In this document: piece by piece, positions 37,443-47,870 of the stretch
Layout of the letters: each line of letters begins with the position of its first letter
Numbering within the stretch: the first letter of the stretch is position 1
NCBI GenBank assembly: GCA_963775685.1
Contig: CAVZJV010000014.1
Coordinates: 1,984,001 to 2,048,000 of the forward strand
Length of the DNA stretch: 64,000 nucleotides
Reading direction: 5' to 3'
From: Candidatus Bathyarchaeota archaeon
GTDB lineage: Archaea; Thermoproteota; Bathyarchaeia; Bathyarchaeales; Bathycorpusculaceae
Program-made: the position numbers and the translations under genes
Notes under the pieces: generated by a model
Told to the model about the DNA's origin: nothing
The model's database searches: none
What the model saw: the letters and a program-made list of their open reading frames with translations, nothing else

Positions 37443-40028
37443 ATGCTGAAACTAAAAAATAAAACTATAGCTATTTTGATTGCAGCAATCTTGACAATTT
37501 CAATGAGCGCTTCAATAACACTACTGCCAAGCGCTAGTGCACATGACCCACCGTGGACGCTTCCAACATACTGTTTCATCAATATTGCTCCTTCTCCTAT
37601 TGGAGTTGGGCAGCAAGTTAACGTCAACTTCTGGCTTCAAGTGCCTCCACCAACAGCCGCCATGGCTAGTGGGGACAGATGGACAAACATGACCGTACTA
37701 GTCACGCATCCAGATGGAACAACTGAAACCTTAGGGCCTTTCTCATCTGATGACACTGGGGGATCACACACTGTCTATACGCCTTCAGTGGTTGGCAATT
37801 ACACTTTCCAGATGATCTTTGGCGGAAACACCCTACTAGGGCTAAACACGCCCAACGGACAGCCATCGACCAACCCGTTTGTCGGCGATTATTATGAACC
37901 CAGCAAAAGCAACGTATTCACCTTGCCCGTACAACAAGACCCAATTAGCTATGCACCCGTGATTTCACTTCCAACCGAATACTGGACGCGGCCAATCTAT
38001 GCCCAAAACAACGATTTATGGTATGCAATTGGTGGTAACTGGCTTGGTCTTGGAGTGTCAACGTTTGCAAACACTGGCCAATACAACGCTCAAGGAAGCT
38101 ATGCACCATACACAACTGCGCCAAACAGTGCTCACATTATGTGGACAAAGCCTATAGCTTTTGGCGGCACAATTGGAGGAGAATTTGGCAATGATCAACA
38201 AAGCAACTTCTGGTCAACTTCTCAGTATCAGCCAAAGTTTGCGCCAATCATCATTAATGATATGCTCTACTATACTATGTATCCTGGTTCTACTGCTAAT
38301 CCCGCGGGTTGGGCTGCTGTTAACTTGCATACTGGAGAGACAATTTGGACTCAAGACTATACAACTATTCTAAAGTGCGGTCAAATAATGGATTATTTAA
38401 CGCCTAACGAGTATGGTGCTAGAGCTTATCTGTGGGCTACTGGTTCGGTGCCTGGTGTGGTTTCGACTGGAACGACTTACAGTATGTATGATGCTATGAC
38501 GGGCAAATATATCCTTAGCATTGTCAACGGAACAGGTCTTAATTCTATTCAACTTGATGACTACGGCGGCTTAATTGGCTACTATGTTAACGCAAGCGGA
38601 ACTCAGAGATCGCTAACTGTATGGAACTCTACTAGGGCAATAATGCGCGGCGAAAACGGTAATGGCGATCCAAACGGCTGGCAATGGAGACCTCCGCAGG
38701 ACGGAGTGATAGCGTTCCAAAATGGAATAGAATGGTCCGCACCCATCGCAACAACAATTGATGGCAATTCTATAGCTCTAAGCCTTAGCGGCATCAACGG
38801 AGGAGTGGTACTTCTATCGTACGCAAGTGGGCAATCTGCTTACTTCCAGGGCGGATGGTATGTTGTAGCAGGATACAGTGCAGTTGACGGACATTTGCTT
38901 TGGGGACCAAAGAACCATACCGAAGTTGAGAATTCGCGTGTTCTTTTTGGCGCTGAAACTATGGGATATGGGACCTGGGTTGAGTTTGATTCTGCCGCAT
39001 TAACAGCAACAGGCTACAGCTTAACAACTGGTGACAAAATATGGGGACCAAAACCTATGCCAAACGTTAATCCTTTCACTTCGCTTGGTCAACGATACTG
39101 TCCAGGCCCTGATGGAACGATGCTTACTTGGACTTATGGCGGAGATGCTTATTCTATTGATATGGCTACTGGCACTTTTAACTGGGAATACCATGCGCCT
39201 TCGAGCGGTTATGAGTCTCCTTATGGCACTTGGCCATTTTGGACTTTTAGCGTTGGAACGGTTGCAGATGGCAAGCTATTTCTGCCGGTAGGTCACATGT
39301 ATAGTCCGCCGCTATTCCACCACGCACAACAAATGGCATTGAATCTCACCGATGGCTCTGTTGTTTGGAGTATTACTGCTTTTGACGTTACTAGTGCACC
39401 AGCTATCTCTGATGGTATTGCGGTTACGCTAAACGCTTATGACAATCAGCTATATGCATGGGGCAAAGGTCCAACCGTTACATCAGTGTCTGCACCTCAG
39501 GCAGCTATTGATTTAGGCCGATCGATTGTTATTAGTGGTACAGTTATGGATATCTCTGCAGGTGCATCGCAAGAAGTATCAGCCGCGCGCTTTCCTAATG
39601 GTCTTCCATGTGTTTCTGAAGCAAGTCAACAGACTTGGATGGAGTATGTTTACATGCAGCAGCCACGCCCCAACGACGTTACTGGGGTTCCTGTTTCAAT
39701 CGATGTAATTGACTCCAACGGTAATCTGCGTACCATCGGCACAGCTACAAGTGATGCAAGCGGCGCGTTTAGTTTCCAGTGGACTCCTGATATCGAAGGC
39801 AAATACACTGTTATTGCGACATTTCTGGGATCTGAGTCTTACTATTCGTCTTACTCTGAAGCTGCTTTCGCGGTTGATCCTGTTGCTACACCAACGTCTG
39901 CACCTGCTGATACTTTGCTTGGATTGGCGACAACTAATGATCTTTTGATGTACATGGCTGCTTCTGTGGTTGCTATAATCGTTGCCATTGCCATAGTTGG
40001 CATACTGCTGCTTAAGAAAAACCCCTAG
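37443..40028 (+). CDS. Large secreted PQQ-like beta-propeller surface protein (Ig domains, C-terminal TM)
   Basis: Signal peptide ending ASA|H; PSPIGVGQ, LPTEYWTRPI, TAPNSAHIMWTKP, repeated TG..IW, ADGK, NAYDNQLY; TM + KK. Confidence 0.82.
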   Translation: MLKLKNKTIAILIAAILTISMSASITLLPSASAHDPPWTLPTYCFINIAPSPIGVGQQVNVNFWLQVPPPTAAMASGDRWTNMTVLVTHPDGTTETLGPFSSDDTGGSHTVYTPSVVGNYTFQMIFGGNTLLGLNTPNGQPSTNPFVGDYYEPSKSNVFTLPVQQDPISYAPVISLPTEYWTRPIYAQNNDLWYAIGGNWLGLGVSTFANTGQYNAQGSYAPYTTAPNSAHIMWTKPIAFGGTIGGEFGNDQQSNFWSTSQYQPKFAPIIINDMLYYTMYPGSTANPAGWAAVNLHTGETIWTQDYTTILKCGQIMDYLTPNEYGARAYLWATGSVPGVVSTGTTYSMYDAMTGKYILSIVNGTGLNSIQLDDYGGLIGYYVNASGTQRSLTVWNSTRAIMRGENGNGDPNGWQWRPPQDGVIAFQNGIEWSAPIATTIDGNSIALSLSGINGGVVLLSYASGQSAYFQGGWYVVAGYSAVDGHLLWGPKNHTEVENSRVLFGAETMGYGTWVEFDSAALTATGYSLTTGDKIWGPKPMPNVNPFTSLGQRYCPGPDGTMLTWTYGGDAYSIDMATGTFNWEYHAPSSGYESPYGTWPFWTFSVGTVADGKLFLPVGHMYSPPLFHHAQQMALNLTDGSVVWSITAFDVTSAPAISDGIAVTLNAYDNQLYAWGKGPTVTSVSAPQAAIDLGRSIVISGTVMDISAGASQEVSAARFPNGLPCVSEASQQTWMEYVYMQQPRPNDVTGVPVSIDVIDSNGNLRTIGTATSDASGAFSFQWTPDIEGKYTVIATFLGSESYYSSYSEAAFAVDPVATPTSAPADTLLGLATTNDLLMYMAASVVAIIVAIAIVGILLLKKNP

Positions 40029-40229
40029 CCAAAAGAAAGTGACTCAAAATCTCTTTCCCCTTTTTTAGTTTTGTATTGGCAATAATTCGCTTTGGTAATT
40101 GGAAAGGGCTGAGTAGGCTCTGGACACAATTCACGATACAATAGCCGTAGTTATCGTGAAGAGCGTTTTGCATTTCGCTCTTTTCTCCTAATACGTTCCA
40201 GAACCTCAGCAAACTTTTCCAAAAAACAT

Positions 40230-41630
40230 TTACATAGGTTTAAGCCGGGCCATGGCTCGCCAAAGCATATAGTTAGCTCCTGTTCTAACCATTATCTTGC
40301 TGTACAAGTTGCCCTTTAAGTAGCCTTTCACTGCTTGTCGCATGACGTATTTTGGAGAGTAGAATTTGTTGTAGAAGTTCTTCCTCATCTCCGCAATGTC
40401 CTTCGCTAGCAATGCGGGGTCTTCAAAGATGGGATTCATAGTATTGTACAGTTCCCATTTCTTCGACATCTTCCACCCATAGCTCTTCACTAGCTCACGA
40501 AGTTCAGTTCCCGGAAATGGAGTCGCGTGGCAAAGCCAAACATCATCAGGTTCAACTCTGCGAACAAAATCAAGGCTTTCCTGCAAAGTCTCCTTTGTCT
40601 CGCCCGGATATCCCAAAATGACTGATATAGTGACGAAGATTCCTGCCTCTTTAGTCCATTTGATTGCGTTTTCACACTGGGCGTTTGTAACCTGCTTCTT
40701 TAATACGTCACGCATCCTTTGGCAACCCGACTCGACGCCAAACATCACTTCGTCGCAGTTGGCTTTGCTCATCTTTGCCACGAGGTCTTTGGTTACTGCG
40801 TCGGCTCGGGTTCCACAGCCCCAGGGCAATTTCATTTTTCTCTCAATAATGCCGTTGCAGATTTCAAGCGTACGCACCTTGTTAAAAGTTAACGTGTCAT
40901 CTTGGAAAGCTACGCCTTCTGCACCGTACTCATCTCTCAACCACTCCATTTCATCCAAGACCTTCTTAGAGCTTCTTCCTCTGAAGGGTGCGCCGAACAT
41001 TTGTGAAGCAACACAGAAGGGGCATTGGTAGGGGCAGCCTCTGCTGCTTATTATTGAAAGAAGGTTTCGTCCTGTTATGTTATATTTTTCCATCGGAAGA
41101 TACTTGTATGCGGGAAGCGGCAGGGAATCAAGGTCTTGGATGTAGGGTCTGTTTGCTGTTTGAATTATTTGGTTATCTTTTCGAAAGGTTACACCTTTGA
41201 CCTCGTTAATGGGCAACTGTTTGGCTAGTTCTACTATGGTTTCTTCGCCTTCACCTCTCACGATTATGTCGACGGCTTTTTCGGATGCGAGGATTTCTTC
41301 ACCGGCGAAGGTTGCGTGCGGTCCACCCATCAAAACCTTAGCATCTGGGCAGACTTCTTTTGTCAAGTGGGCAGACTTAAGTGCCGATTCAATCGTCGGC
41401 GTCATAGAACCAATACCGACCATCGTGGGTTGATATGATTCTAATTCAACTTTGAGTTTATCATGATCGAATTCACAAACTGGACAATCGAAAATTTTCA
41501 CTTCAAAACCATTTTGCTCTAAAACCGCTGCCATGTAGGCTAAACCTAGCGGTGGAAAAAGTGGGTGGTTTCCCCGTTTCTGTAAAAGTGGTGAAGTTAC
41601 TAACGCTACTCTGGTTTTAGTTGCACACAT
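40230..41630 (-). CDS. Cobalamin-binding radical SAM protein #2 (subgroup B)
   Basis: The real start is likely ATG 41630 (MCATKTRVALV), not 41774. PPLGLAYMAA, GGPH, SSRGCPYQCPFC, FGVESG, TPFPGTEL. Confidence 0.9.
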   Translation of the reverse strand: MCATKTRVALVTSPLLQKRGNHPLFPPLGLAYMAAVLEQNGFEVKIFDCPVCEFDHDKLKVELESYQPTMVGIGSMTPTIESALKSAHLTKEVCPDAKVLMGGPHATFAGEEILASEKAVDIIVRGEGEETIVELAKQLPINEVKGVTFRKDNQIIQTANRPYIQDLDSLPLPAYKYLPMEKYNITGRNLLSIISSRGCPYQCPFCVASQMFGAPFRGRSSKKVLDEMEWLRDEYGAEGVAFQDDTLTFNKVRTLEICNGIIERKMKLPWGCGTRADAVTKDLVAKMSKANCDEVMFGVESGCQRMRDVLKKQVTNAQCENAIKWTKEAGIFVTISVILGYPGETKETLQESLDFVRRVEPDDVWLCHATPFPGTELRELVKSYGWKMSKKWELYNTMNPIFEDPALLAKDIAEMRKNFYNKFYSPKYVMRQAVKGYLKGNLYSKIMVRTGANYMLWRAMARLKPM

Positions 41631-41649
41631 CACTATACCTGTTAATAGG

Positions 41650-42729
41650 TTATTTTTTGCGGAGGCTTTCTGGTATGTAAGCGCATGCGGGGTCTGATTC
41701 GGCGATGTCTCCTGTGTATGCAAAAGCCCGGTTTCGGCATCCTCCGCATATTTCTCGGTACTCGCAAACTCCACACTTGCCTTTCAAGACGTTTCTGTCT
41801 TGGAATTTGTTGTAGTATTTGGATGCTTTGATTTCTTCCCATGCAGTGCTCAAGCTTTTGCTGCGTATGTTTCCCAGCATCATGGGTTCGGAAGGTTGCA
41901 GGTCAGTGTAGAAGCAGGGAATTAAGTCGCCGTTTTCAGTTACGCTAAGGTACCCGCCGAAGGCGAAGTAGGTGCATTTGCCATGGAATTCTTTTTCGTA
42001 CCATCCATCAAACTCTTTGGCGGGGATTCTCTGTTTAACCACCCGCGCAAAGTGTGGGCAGTGAACGTGAACTTCAAATTTACCCCTGTACTTGGTTGTT
42101 ATATCCCAGATGTGGTTGAGGACCCATTCGTATTGTTCTGGAGTAGGTGTTAAGTCCATGGTTGCTTTTGCTCGTCCACTGGGCACTAAGTGGTTGTACC
42201 AGACAAAGTTGGCATGGTACTTGTCAGCTAACTCTGCGACATGGTCAAGGTGCTGGTAGTTTATGGTGGTAATTGCGCAGGCTAAGCCGTTTAGGATTTT
42301 GCCTCTGGATAGTTTTTCGATGGCTTTGAGGGCTTTTTTGTATGAGCCTTCTCCACGCAGTTGGTCGTTAATTTCTTCGGGACCATCGATGCTGACAGAT
42401 GTCCAGACTTGGTTTTTCACCAAGTTGTCATATATTGTTCCGTCAACAAAAACTCCGTTGGTTAAGAGACACACGTTCAAGCCTTTGTTCTTAGCGTAAG
42501 TGACAATTTCAAAGATGTCGGGGCGTGTTAGGGGTTCGCCGCCTTTTATGCCGAACCATCTTACACCAAAACTCTTGACTTCATCAACTAAATGGACTGC
42601 TTCTTGAGTTGTCATTTCATTTGCAGCATGCTTGCCCGTTGCGTCGACGTTACAGTATTTGCAACGTGCATTGCACGCGCCAGTTGCTCTCCAAGAAGTC
42701 ATTAGCAAAGGACCTTTCTTTTCTGTCAA
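41650..42729 (-). CDS. Radical SAM/SPASM protein #2 (paralogue of 29582..30688)
   Basis: CNARCKYC, GGEPL.RPD, VSIDG, PSGRA; SPASM CTYF...PC...CGVCEYREICGGCR...DPAC; in an operon with 40230..41630. Confidence 0.9.
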   Translation of the reverse strand: MTEKKGPLLMTSWRATGACNARCKYCNVDATGKHAANEMTTQEAVHLVDEVKSFGVRWFGIKGGEPLTRPDIFEIVTYAKNKGLNVCLLTNGVFVDGTIYDNLVKNQVWTSVSIDGPEEINDQLRGEGSYKKALKAIEKLSRGKILNGLACAITTINYQHLDHVAELADKYHANFVWYNHLVPSGRAKATMDLTPTPEQYEWVLNHIWDITTKYRGKFEVHVHCPHFARVVKQRIPAKEFDGWYEKEFHGKCTYFAFGGYLSVTENGDLIPCFYTDLQPSEPMMLGNIRSKSLSTAWEEIKASKYYNKFQDRNVLKGKCGVCEYREICGGCRNRAFAYTGDIAESDPACAYIPESLRKK

Positions 42730-42886
42730 AGTAAAACCAACCTTGTGTTCTCTGATAATTCGTTATTTACCTTAAGGGTTATTTTCGTCTTAAAAAAGAT
42801 TGTGCGGTTTAGTTTCTTTTCGTTTTTTTAAATATCCCTGCAAATTTCTCGTTAATTGAGTTAGTTTTGAGGAGTTTGTGGGGTTC

Positions 42887-42901
42887 CACAAAGTTTATAG
42901 T
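42887..42901 (+). promoter_or_regulatory. Putative BRE/TATA promoter
   Basis: cacaaag-tttatagt about 26-40 nt upstream of the start at 42927. Confidence 0.45.
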
Positions 42902-42926
42902 GAAATAAAACCCTAGACAATCATTC

Positions 42927-45515
42927 TTGGGGGCAAATGATATTCCTAAAAAACTTGCGGTAGTAGTTGTCTTGGTTTTGTTGCTTGCTTCGTCGGTTTT
43001 TGCCGTAATTCCAATTTTTCAGGCAAGCTCTGTCAGTGCACAAGTTAACTCTAACTCAACTTCCAGCAACATCTTAAATCAGTATGAGTGGACGCAGTTT
43101 CAGGGTGATGCCTCATTTACTCGATTCTCAGCCGGACCAGCCCCTAACACACCTAACATACTTTGGAGAGCCAGCGTAGACGGAATACAACCTTACATAA
43201 CAGCGTTTAACGGAATGATTTTCGTAGGTACAAACACCTCGATGGTTGCCCTTGACCAAGCAGGGAATACTCTTTGGAAAACTGAGATTCCGATGAACAA
43301 GACTTGGCCAATAGCCTACAAAATTGATGATTCACATTTAGTGGTTGAAAGCAGTTGCCTTGATATCAGCACGGGCAAGATTTTGTGGACGAGTTCAACT
43401 TTCACCTCTGACACTGGTATCTTCAATTCAGCCGTTTACAGTGCAGCAGAAAAAATTTTCTACACTAAGGTAAATTCGTACATTTTAGCTTGGGACTTTT
43501 CAGATCCTTCTCAACCCCCACCTTTGGCTTGGCAAACTTACATCCCCGGAGGCGGCATAACCGGGATCGGAATAACTTACGGTGAAGGAAAAGTTTTCAC
43601 GGGGTCTTTCATGAATCAGCAATTAGCACTTGACGCCAAGATAGGAGAAATCATATGGACGACTCTTACGCATGGTCCTATGATTTTTAATGGTGCCTAC
43701 TCTGACGGGAGGTACTTTATAGGTGGAACAGATGACAACACAATGTACAGTTTTAATTCGACTAACGGTCAGGTTCTTTGGACATACTCGCCAGGTACTA
43801 ATGGATACTTCACAACTGGTCCAGCTGTTGCATATGGAATGGTCTATGAAATGAACAAGGACGGTTACCTCTACGCCATCAACGTTGAAACGGGCATCCC
43901 CGTATGGAGATACAAGGGGCCCGATGAAAACCTGATATGGCCTGGAATGCCAACGGTTGCAGATGGCAAAATCTATGTAACAACCGGTGAACTGGCTCAA
44001 TATGTGACTCAGTATCAGACGTACTCTGAGTTTGCCTGTTTGAGTGCTTATACTGGTCAGGTTATTTGGAAGCTTCCCATAGAAGCATTGGCTCCAAGGG
44101 AATCTGCTATAGTTGCTTATGGCAACCTCTACATTATCCCTGGTAGCGTGACAACTGCTGTTGATACAACGTCAGGAACTGAATACACAACAGATAGCGA
44201 ACTATGGGCAATTGGAACCAATTCTATTACTGTTAGTAATTGGTCTATGTGGAGAGCTGATTCAACCCATTCTTCTACTTCACAAGTCGGACCTTCCAAT
44301 CTTTCTTTAGCTTGGAAATTCGAGACTAATGGGTCGGTAATATCTTCGCCGAGCGTTGTAGATGGAATCGTGTATGTTGGCTCGCAGGATAAGAGCATCT
44401 ATGCGATTGGAGCTTGGAGCGGCAGTTTGATATGGAAATATGCAACGAATGGTGCTATCATTTCTTCACCTGCTGTAGCGGAAGGCAAAGTTTTCGTGGG
44501 AAGTGAAGATGGATACGTTTATTCTCTTAATGCTAATATCGGTAGCCTAGTTTGGAAAACTTTCGTTAGAAGCAACGTTTCATTCACCTTTGGAGATTTA
44601 GTTCTTAAATCTTCACCAGCCGTTGCAAATGGCAAGGTCTACATCGGTTCATTAGACGGCAACTTGTACGCTCTCGACGCAAACAGCGGCAATATCCTCT
44701 GGAAGACTGAGACTGGTGGACCCATTGAATCCTCTCCAGCCGTGGCTGACGGCGCGGTATACTTCACTTCGCAAGAACCAAATGCAGGAGGTCTCTACAA
44801 ATTGAATGCTGACACTGGAGCTTTGATTTGGAAACAGACTCTTCCCTATCAGATTTCTTTTATTGGAGGCACAGAATTACTTGGTTCGCCCTCGGTTGCA
44901 GCGGGCATGGTTTTTGCATCCTCCAACTGGGGCGCTTACTACGCAGTAAATGAAGCAACAGGTAATATCATTTGGAAATTTATAGACAAAGAAGCCATCG
45001 AATTCATCGTTTCATCCCCAATCTACGCTAACGGTAACCTCTTCATCATCGACAAATTCAACATAGCTTGTCTCAATGCGTCCAACGGAAACATGCTTTG
45101 GAGTACCTTCACCGGAGACGAACTCTACACCTCACCATCTTACGCTGATGGCAAAATCTACCTCGCAACCAGCCAACGCGACGTATTCATCCTTGACACC
45201 ACCCGTAACGGGACAAAAATTGCAACCGCTATCCTGCCCTCTAGCAGTTGGTCTTCGCCCACCTTAGCCAACGGAAGATTATACATCGGATGCAACGACT
45301 GGAACGTTTACTCCTTCGCCAACGAAATCACTAACCAAACACCAGCCCCAACTTCAACTCCACCAGATAACACTTCATATAGATCCCTCTTGTCAGTGTT
45401 GATTATAGTTTTAGTTCTTGCTTTGATCGGCTCAGTGGCGGCTGTTATTTACTTTAGGGGTAAAAACCGATTAAAAATTGTTGCGCCTTTGCCACAGAAA
45501 TTCTTTAGCAATTGA
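42927..45515 (+). CDS. Secreted double PQQ/BamB-like beta-propeller protein with C-terminal TM anchor
   Basis: Two halves starting WTQFQGD and WSMWRAD; many SSPAVAxGxVYxGSxDGxLYALxAxxGxxxW repeats; TM + RGK. Confidence 0.85.
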   Translation: MGANDIPKKLAVVVVLVLLLASSVFAVIPIFQASSVSAQVNSNSTSSNILNQYEWTQFQGDASFTRFSAGPAPNTPNILWRASVDGIQPYITAFNGMIFVGTNTSMVALDQAGNTLWKTEIPMNKTWPIAYKIDDSHLVVESSCLDISTGKILWTSSTFTSDTGIFNSAVYSAAEKIFYTKVNSYILAWDFSDPSQPPPLAWQTYIPGGGITGIGITYGEGKVFTGSFMNQQLALDAKIGEIIWTTLTHGPMIFNGAYSDGRYFIGGTDDNTMYSFNSTNGQVLWTYSPGTNGYFTTGPAVAYGMVYEMNKDGYLYAINVETGIPVWRYKGPDENLIWPGMPTVADGKIYVTTGELAQYVTQYQTYSEFACLSAYTGQVIWKLPIEALAPRESAIVAYGNLYIIPGSVTTAVDTTSGTEYTTDSELWAIGTNSITVSNWSMWRADSTHSSTSQVGPSNLSLAWKFETNGSVISSPSVVDGIVYVGSQDKSIYAIGAWSGSLIWKYATNGAIISSPAVAEGKVFVGSEDGYVYSLNANIGSLVWKTFVRSNVSFTFGDLVLKSSPAVANGKVYIGSLDGNLYALDANSGNILWKTETGGPIESSPAVADGAVYFTSQEPNAGGLYKLNADTGALIWKQTLPYQISFIGGTELLGSPSVAAGMVFASSNWGAYYAVNEATGNIIWKFIDKEAIEFIVSSPIYANGNLFIIDKFNIACLNASNGNMLWSTFTGDELYTSPSYADGKIYLATSQRDVFILDTTRNGTKIATAILPSSSWSSPTLANGRLYIGCNDWNVYSFANEITNQTPAPTSTPPDNTSYRSLLSVLIIVLVLALIGSVAAVIYFRGKNRLKIVAPLPQKFFSN

Positions 45516-45557
45516 CTTTTCTGTTGGCTTACCCAAAGGGTGCCGAATTAGTGTTGA

Positions 45558-45572
45558 CAAAAAGGTTTATAC
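45558..45572 (+). promoter_or_regulatory. Putative BRE/TATA promoter
   Basis: caaaaagg-tttatac about 40-55 nt upstream of ATG 45612. Confidence 0.45.
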
Positions 45573-45611
45573 TTCTTTTGAATAACTTTTCCACACCGAA
45601 GAGAGACTAAA

Positions 45612-46318
45612 ATGAAGGTTGTTGTTCATTGGAGCGGGGGCAAAGAATGCTGTTTAGCTTACCACAAAGTCATCAAACAGGGGCATGAGGTTGCTTGTCT
45701 TCTTAGCTTTGAATATCAGAGACCTTACGTTTTTCATAGTTTTCAAGTTATGGAGCTTCAATCCAAAACCTTGGGCATCCCACTTAAAGTTGTTAGGATA
45801 AAGAAAGCTTACGAAGACATCTTGGGTGCGCTAACGAAACTGAAACAGGAGCAGGGTATTGAGGGCATCGTTACTGGCGACATCGCTGGTGCAGGATGTG
45901 CCTTGGTTCATTCAAGCTATTATGAGAGCATGGCTAAACAGCTCGGACTTGCTTTCTTGATGCCTAACGAAAGTCCCGATGGCAACACATACAATGTACT
46001 CAAAGAAGTCGTCGATGCAGGCTTGAGGCCTGTCCTGAACTGTGTCAACACAAACTTTTTTGGTGAAGAATGGTTGGGAAGAAAACTTGACCCAGAATCC
46101 ATCAAAGAACTCAAAGAGTTTACAGATGAAAAAGGCATAGACGTATCAAGTGAAGACGGGCAAGGATACCACAGCACTGTAGTGGAAGCGCCGCTTTTCA
46201 AAGAATCCATCGAAATCGACAAGTTCAAAGCCAAAGAAAAAGAAGGAAAAATCCAAGAATTGGAAGCGGAAACTGGCTCTACATGGACATTAAAGAGTGC
46301 CATCTGAAGCCCAAATAA
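45612..46318 (+). CDS. Diphthine-ammonia ligase (Dph6/MJ0570)-like PP-loop ATPase #1, frameshift near 46250-46270
   Basis: HWSGGKEC, VFHS, IVTGDI, WLGR, YHSTVVEAPLFK. The shifted frame gives NWLYMDIKECHLKPK*, matching the paralogue end FLYMDIEEAGLKPK. Confidence 0.82.
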
Positions 46319-46448
46319 ATTTTTCTTTTGTAAAACTCCAAGTTTTTATATTGTTTGTTGTAAATTCAGTGGACTTATAAAAAATCGGTTGTTTTGCATA
46401 AAGTAAATGAACTACAAGACGTAACTTCTAGTTTCTTCGGGGAAGAAA

Positions 46449-47861
46449 ATGAAAACTCGCATTACTCTTGTGAATCCGCCATACCCTGCTGGATCCCACC
46501 AGCATCCACCCTTCATGCCCTTAGGCATCGGATACCTAGGCGCGGTTCTGGATAAGAATCATTTTAACGTTGACGTCATTGATTGTCAGGCACAAAAGAT
46601 CAGTCATCAAAAGTTTAAAGAAGAAATCGCCAAACGTAAACCAGACATAGTTGGCGTCACATGCACTACGCTAACATACAAGTCTGCTCTTAAAATCGTG
46701 AAATCATCGAAAGATGCCTTGCCCAACTGTATAACCGCCATCGGTGGTCCGCACGTTACCTTCTGGGATGACAAGGCACTGCAAGAAGCGCCCTCCTTAG
46801 ACGTTGTCATTAGAAGAGAGGGTGAACAAACCATGTTGGAGCTTGCTCAAAGAGTCGAAAATCACCAAGCATTCAACGACCTCGAAGGAACCACTTGCAG
46901 AAAAGGCGATGAAATAGTAAAGAACGAAGATAGGCCTTTCTTGGAAGACCTCGACAGCCTACCCTTCCCAGCGCTTCACTTGTGGGAAAAACTGGGGGAG
47001 CTGCGAAAATACGGAACAATCCCCTATCCAGTCATGACTAGTCGTGGATGCGTGTTCTGGTGTAACTTCTGCACTGCGGTTAGAATGTTTGGCAGAAAAT
47101 ACCGCATGCGCACCCCAAAGAACGTCGTTGACGAACTGGAATATCTGCACAAAAACTACCGGGCCAACCAATTCACCTTCTACGACGATGCTTTTACCGT
47201 GGATCAAGCAAGAACCGGAGAAATTTGCGATGAGATTCACCGTCGAGGACTAAAAATTAAGTGGGACTGTGAAACCCGCGTTGACATGGTTAGCAAAGAT
47301 CTTCTCGTTAAGATGAGGGAGGCAGGTTGCATTGCGGTTTGGTTTGGTGTTGAATCGGGCTCTTTGAAACAATTAACTAGCATGGGTAAAGGGTTCTCGC
47401 TTACGCAGACAAGACGCGCCTTTAAGTGGGCTAAAGAAGCAGGGTTGATGACAGTTGCAGGCGTAATTTTGGGTTTTCCAGGCGAAACAAGAGAGAGTGC
47501 TTGGGAAACAATCCGCTTCGTGAAGGAACTTAACCCCAACGACGTCGGCTTCTACATCGCCACACCTTATCCAGGAACACCCATGTATGAAGAAGTCAAA
47601 GCCAACGGCTCACTAAAAATAACCGACTTCGACAAGTACGACACCGCCACCCCAACCTTTGAAATTCCAAACCTAACCATGAAGGAACTCACCCAGATCC
47701 GAGAACAAGCATTCCAAAGCTTCTACCTCAGCCCCAGATACTTCATCAGCGCAATTGGCATGTTCAAGAAAGGAAAAATGTGGGGTCTTGGCGCCACACG
47801 ACTAATAATGGCACACTTCCGAAGAGCACTTATGGCGAAATTAACCAGCCCAACCAAATAG
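46449..47861 (+). CDS. Cobalamin-binding radical SAM protein #3 (subgroup A)
   Basis: LVNPP, PLGIGYL, GGPHVTFWD, TSRGCVFWCNFC, FGVESG, ATPYPGTPMY. Confidence 0.92.
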   Translation: MKTRITLVNPPYPAGSHQHPPFMPLGIGYLGAVLDKNHFNVDVIDCQAQKISHQKFKEEIAKRKPDIVGVTCTTLTYKSALKIVKSSKDALPNCITAIGGPHVTFWDDKALQEAPSLDVVIRREGEQTMLELAQRVENHQAFNDLEGTTCRKGDEIVKNEDRPFLEDLDSLPFPALHLWEKLGELRKYGTIPYPVMTSRGCVFWCNFCTAVRMFGRKYRMRTPKNVVDELEYLHKNYRANQFTFYDDAFTVDQARTGEICDEIHRRGLKIKWDCETRVDMVSKDLLVKMREAGCIAVWFGVESGSLKQLTSMGKGFSLTQTRRAFKWAKEAGLMTVAGVILGFPGETRESAWETIRFVKELNPNDVGFYIATPYPGTPMYEEVKANGSLKITDFDKYDTATPTFEIPNLTMKELTQIREQAFQSFYLSPRYFISAIGMFKKGKMWGLGATRLIMAHFRRALMAKLTSPTK

Positions 47862-47870
47862 AAACGCCAC

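Noticed and set aside
41631-41774. N-terminal 48-aa extension of the 40230..41774 ORF
   Set aside because: It overlaps the SPASM gene's 3' end in another frame; paralogue alignment starts at MCATKTRVALV (41630).
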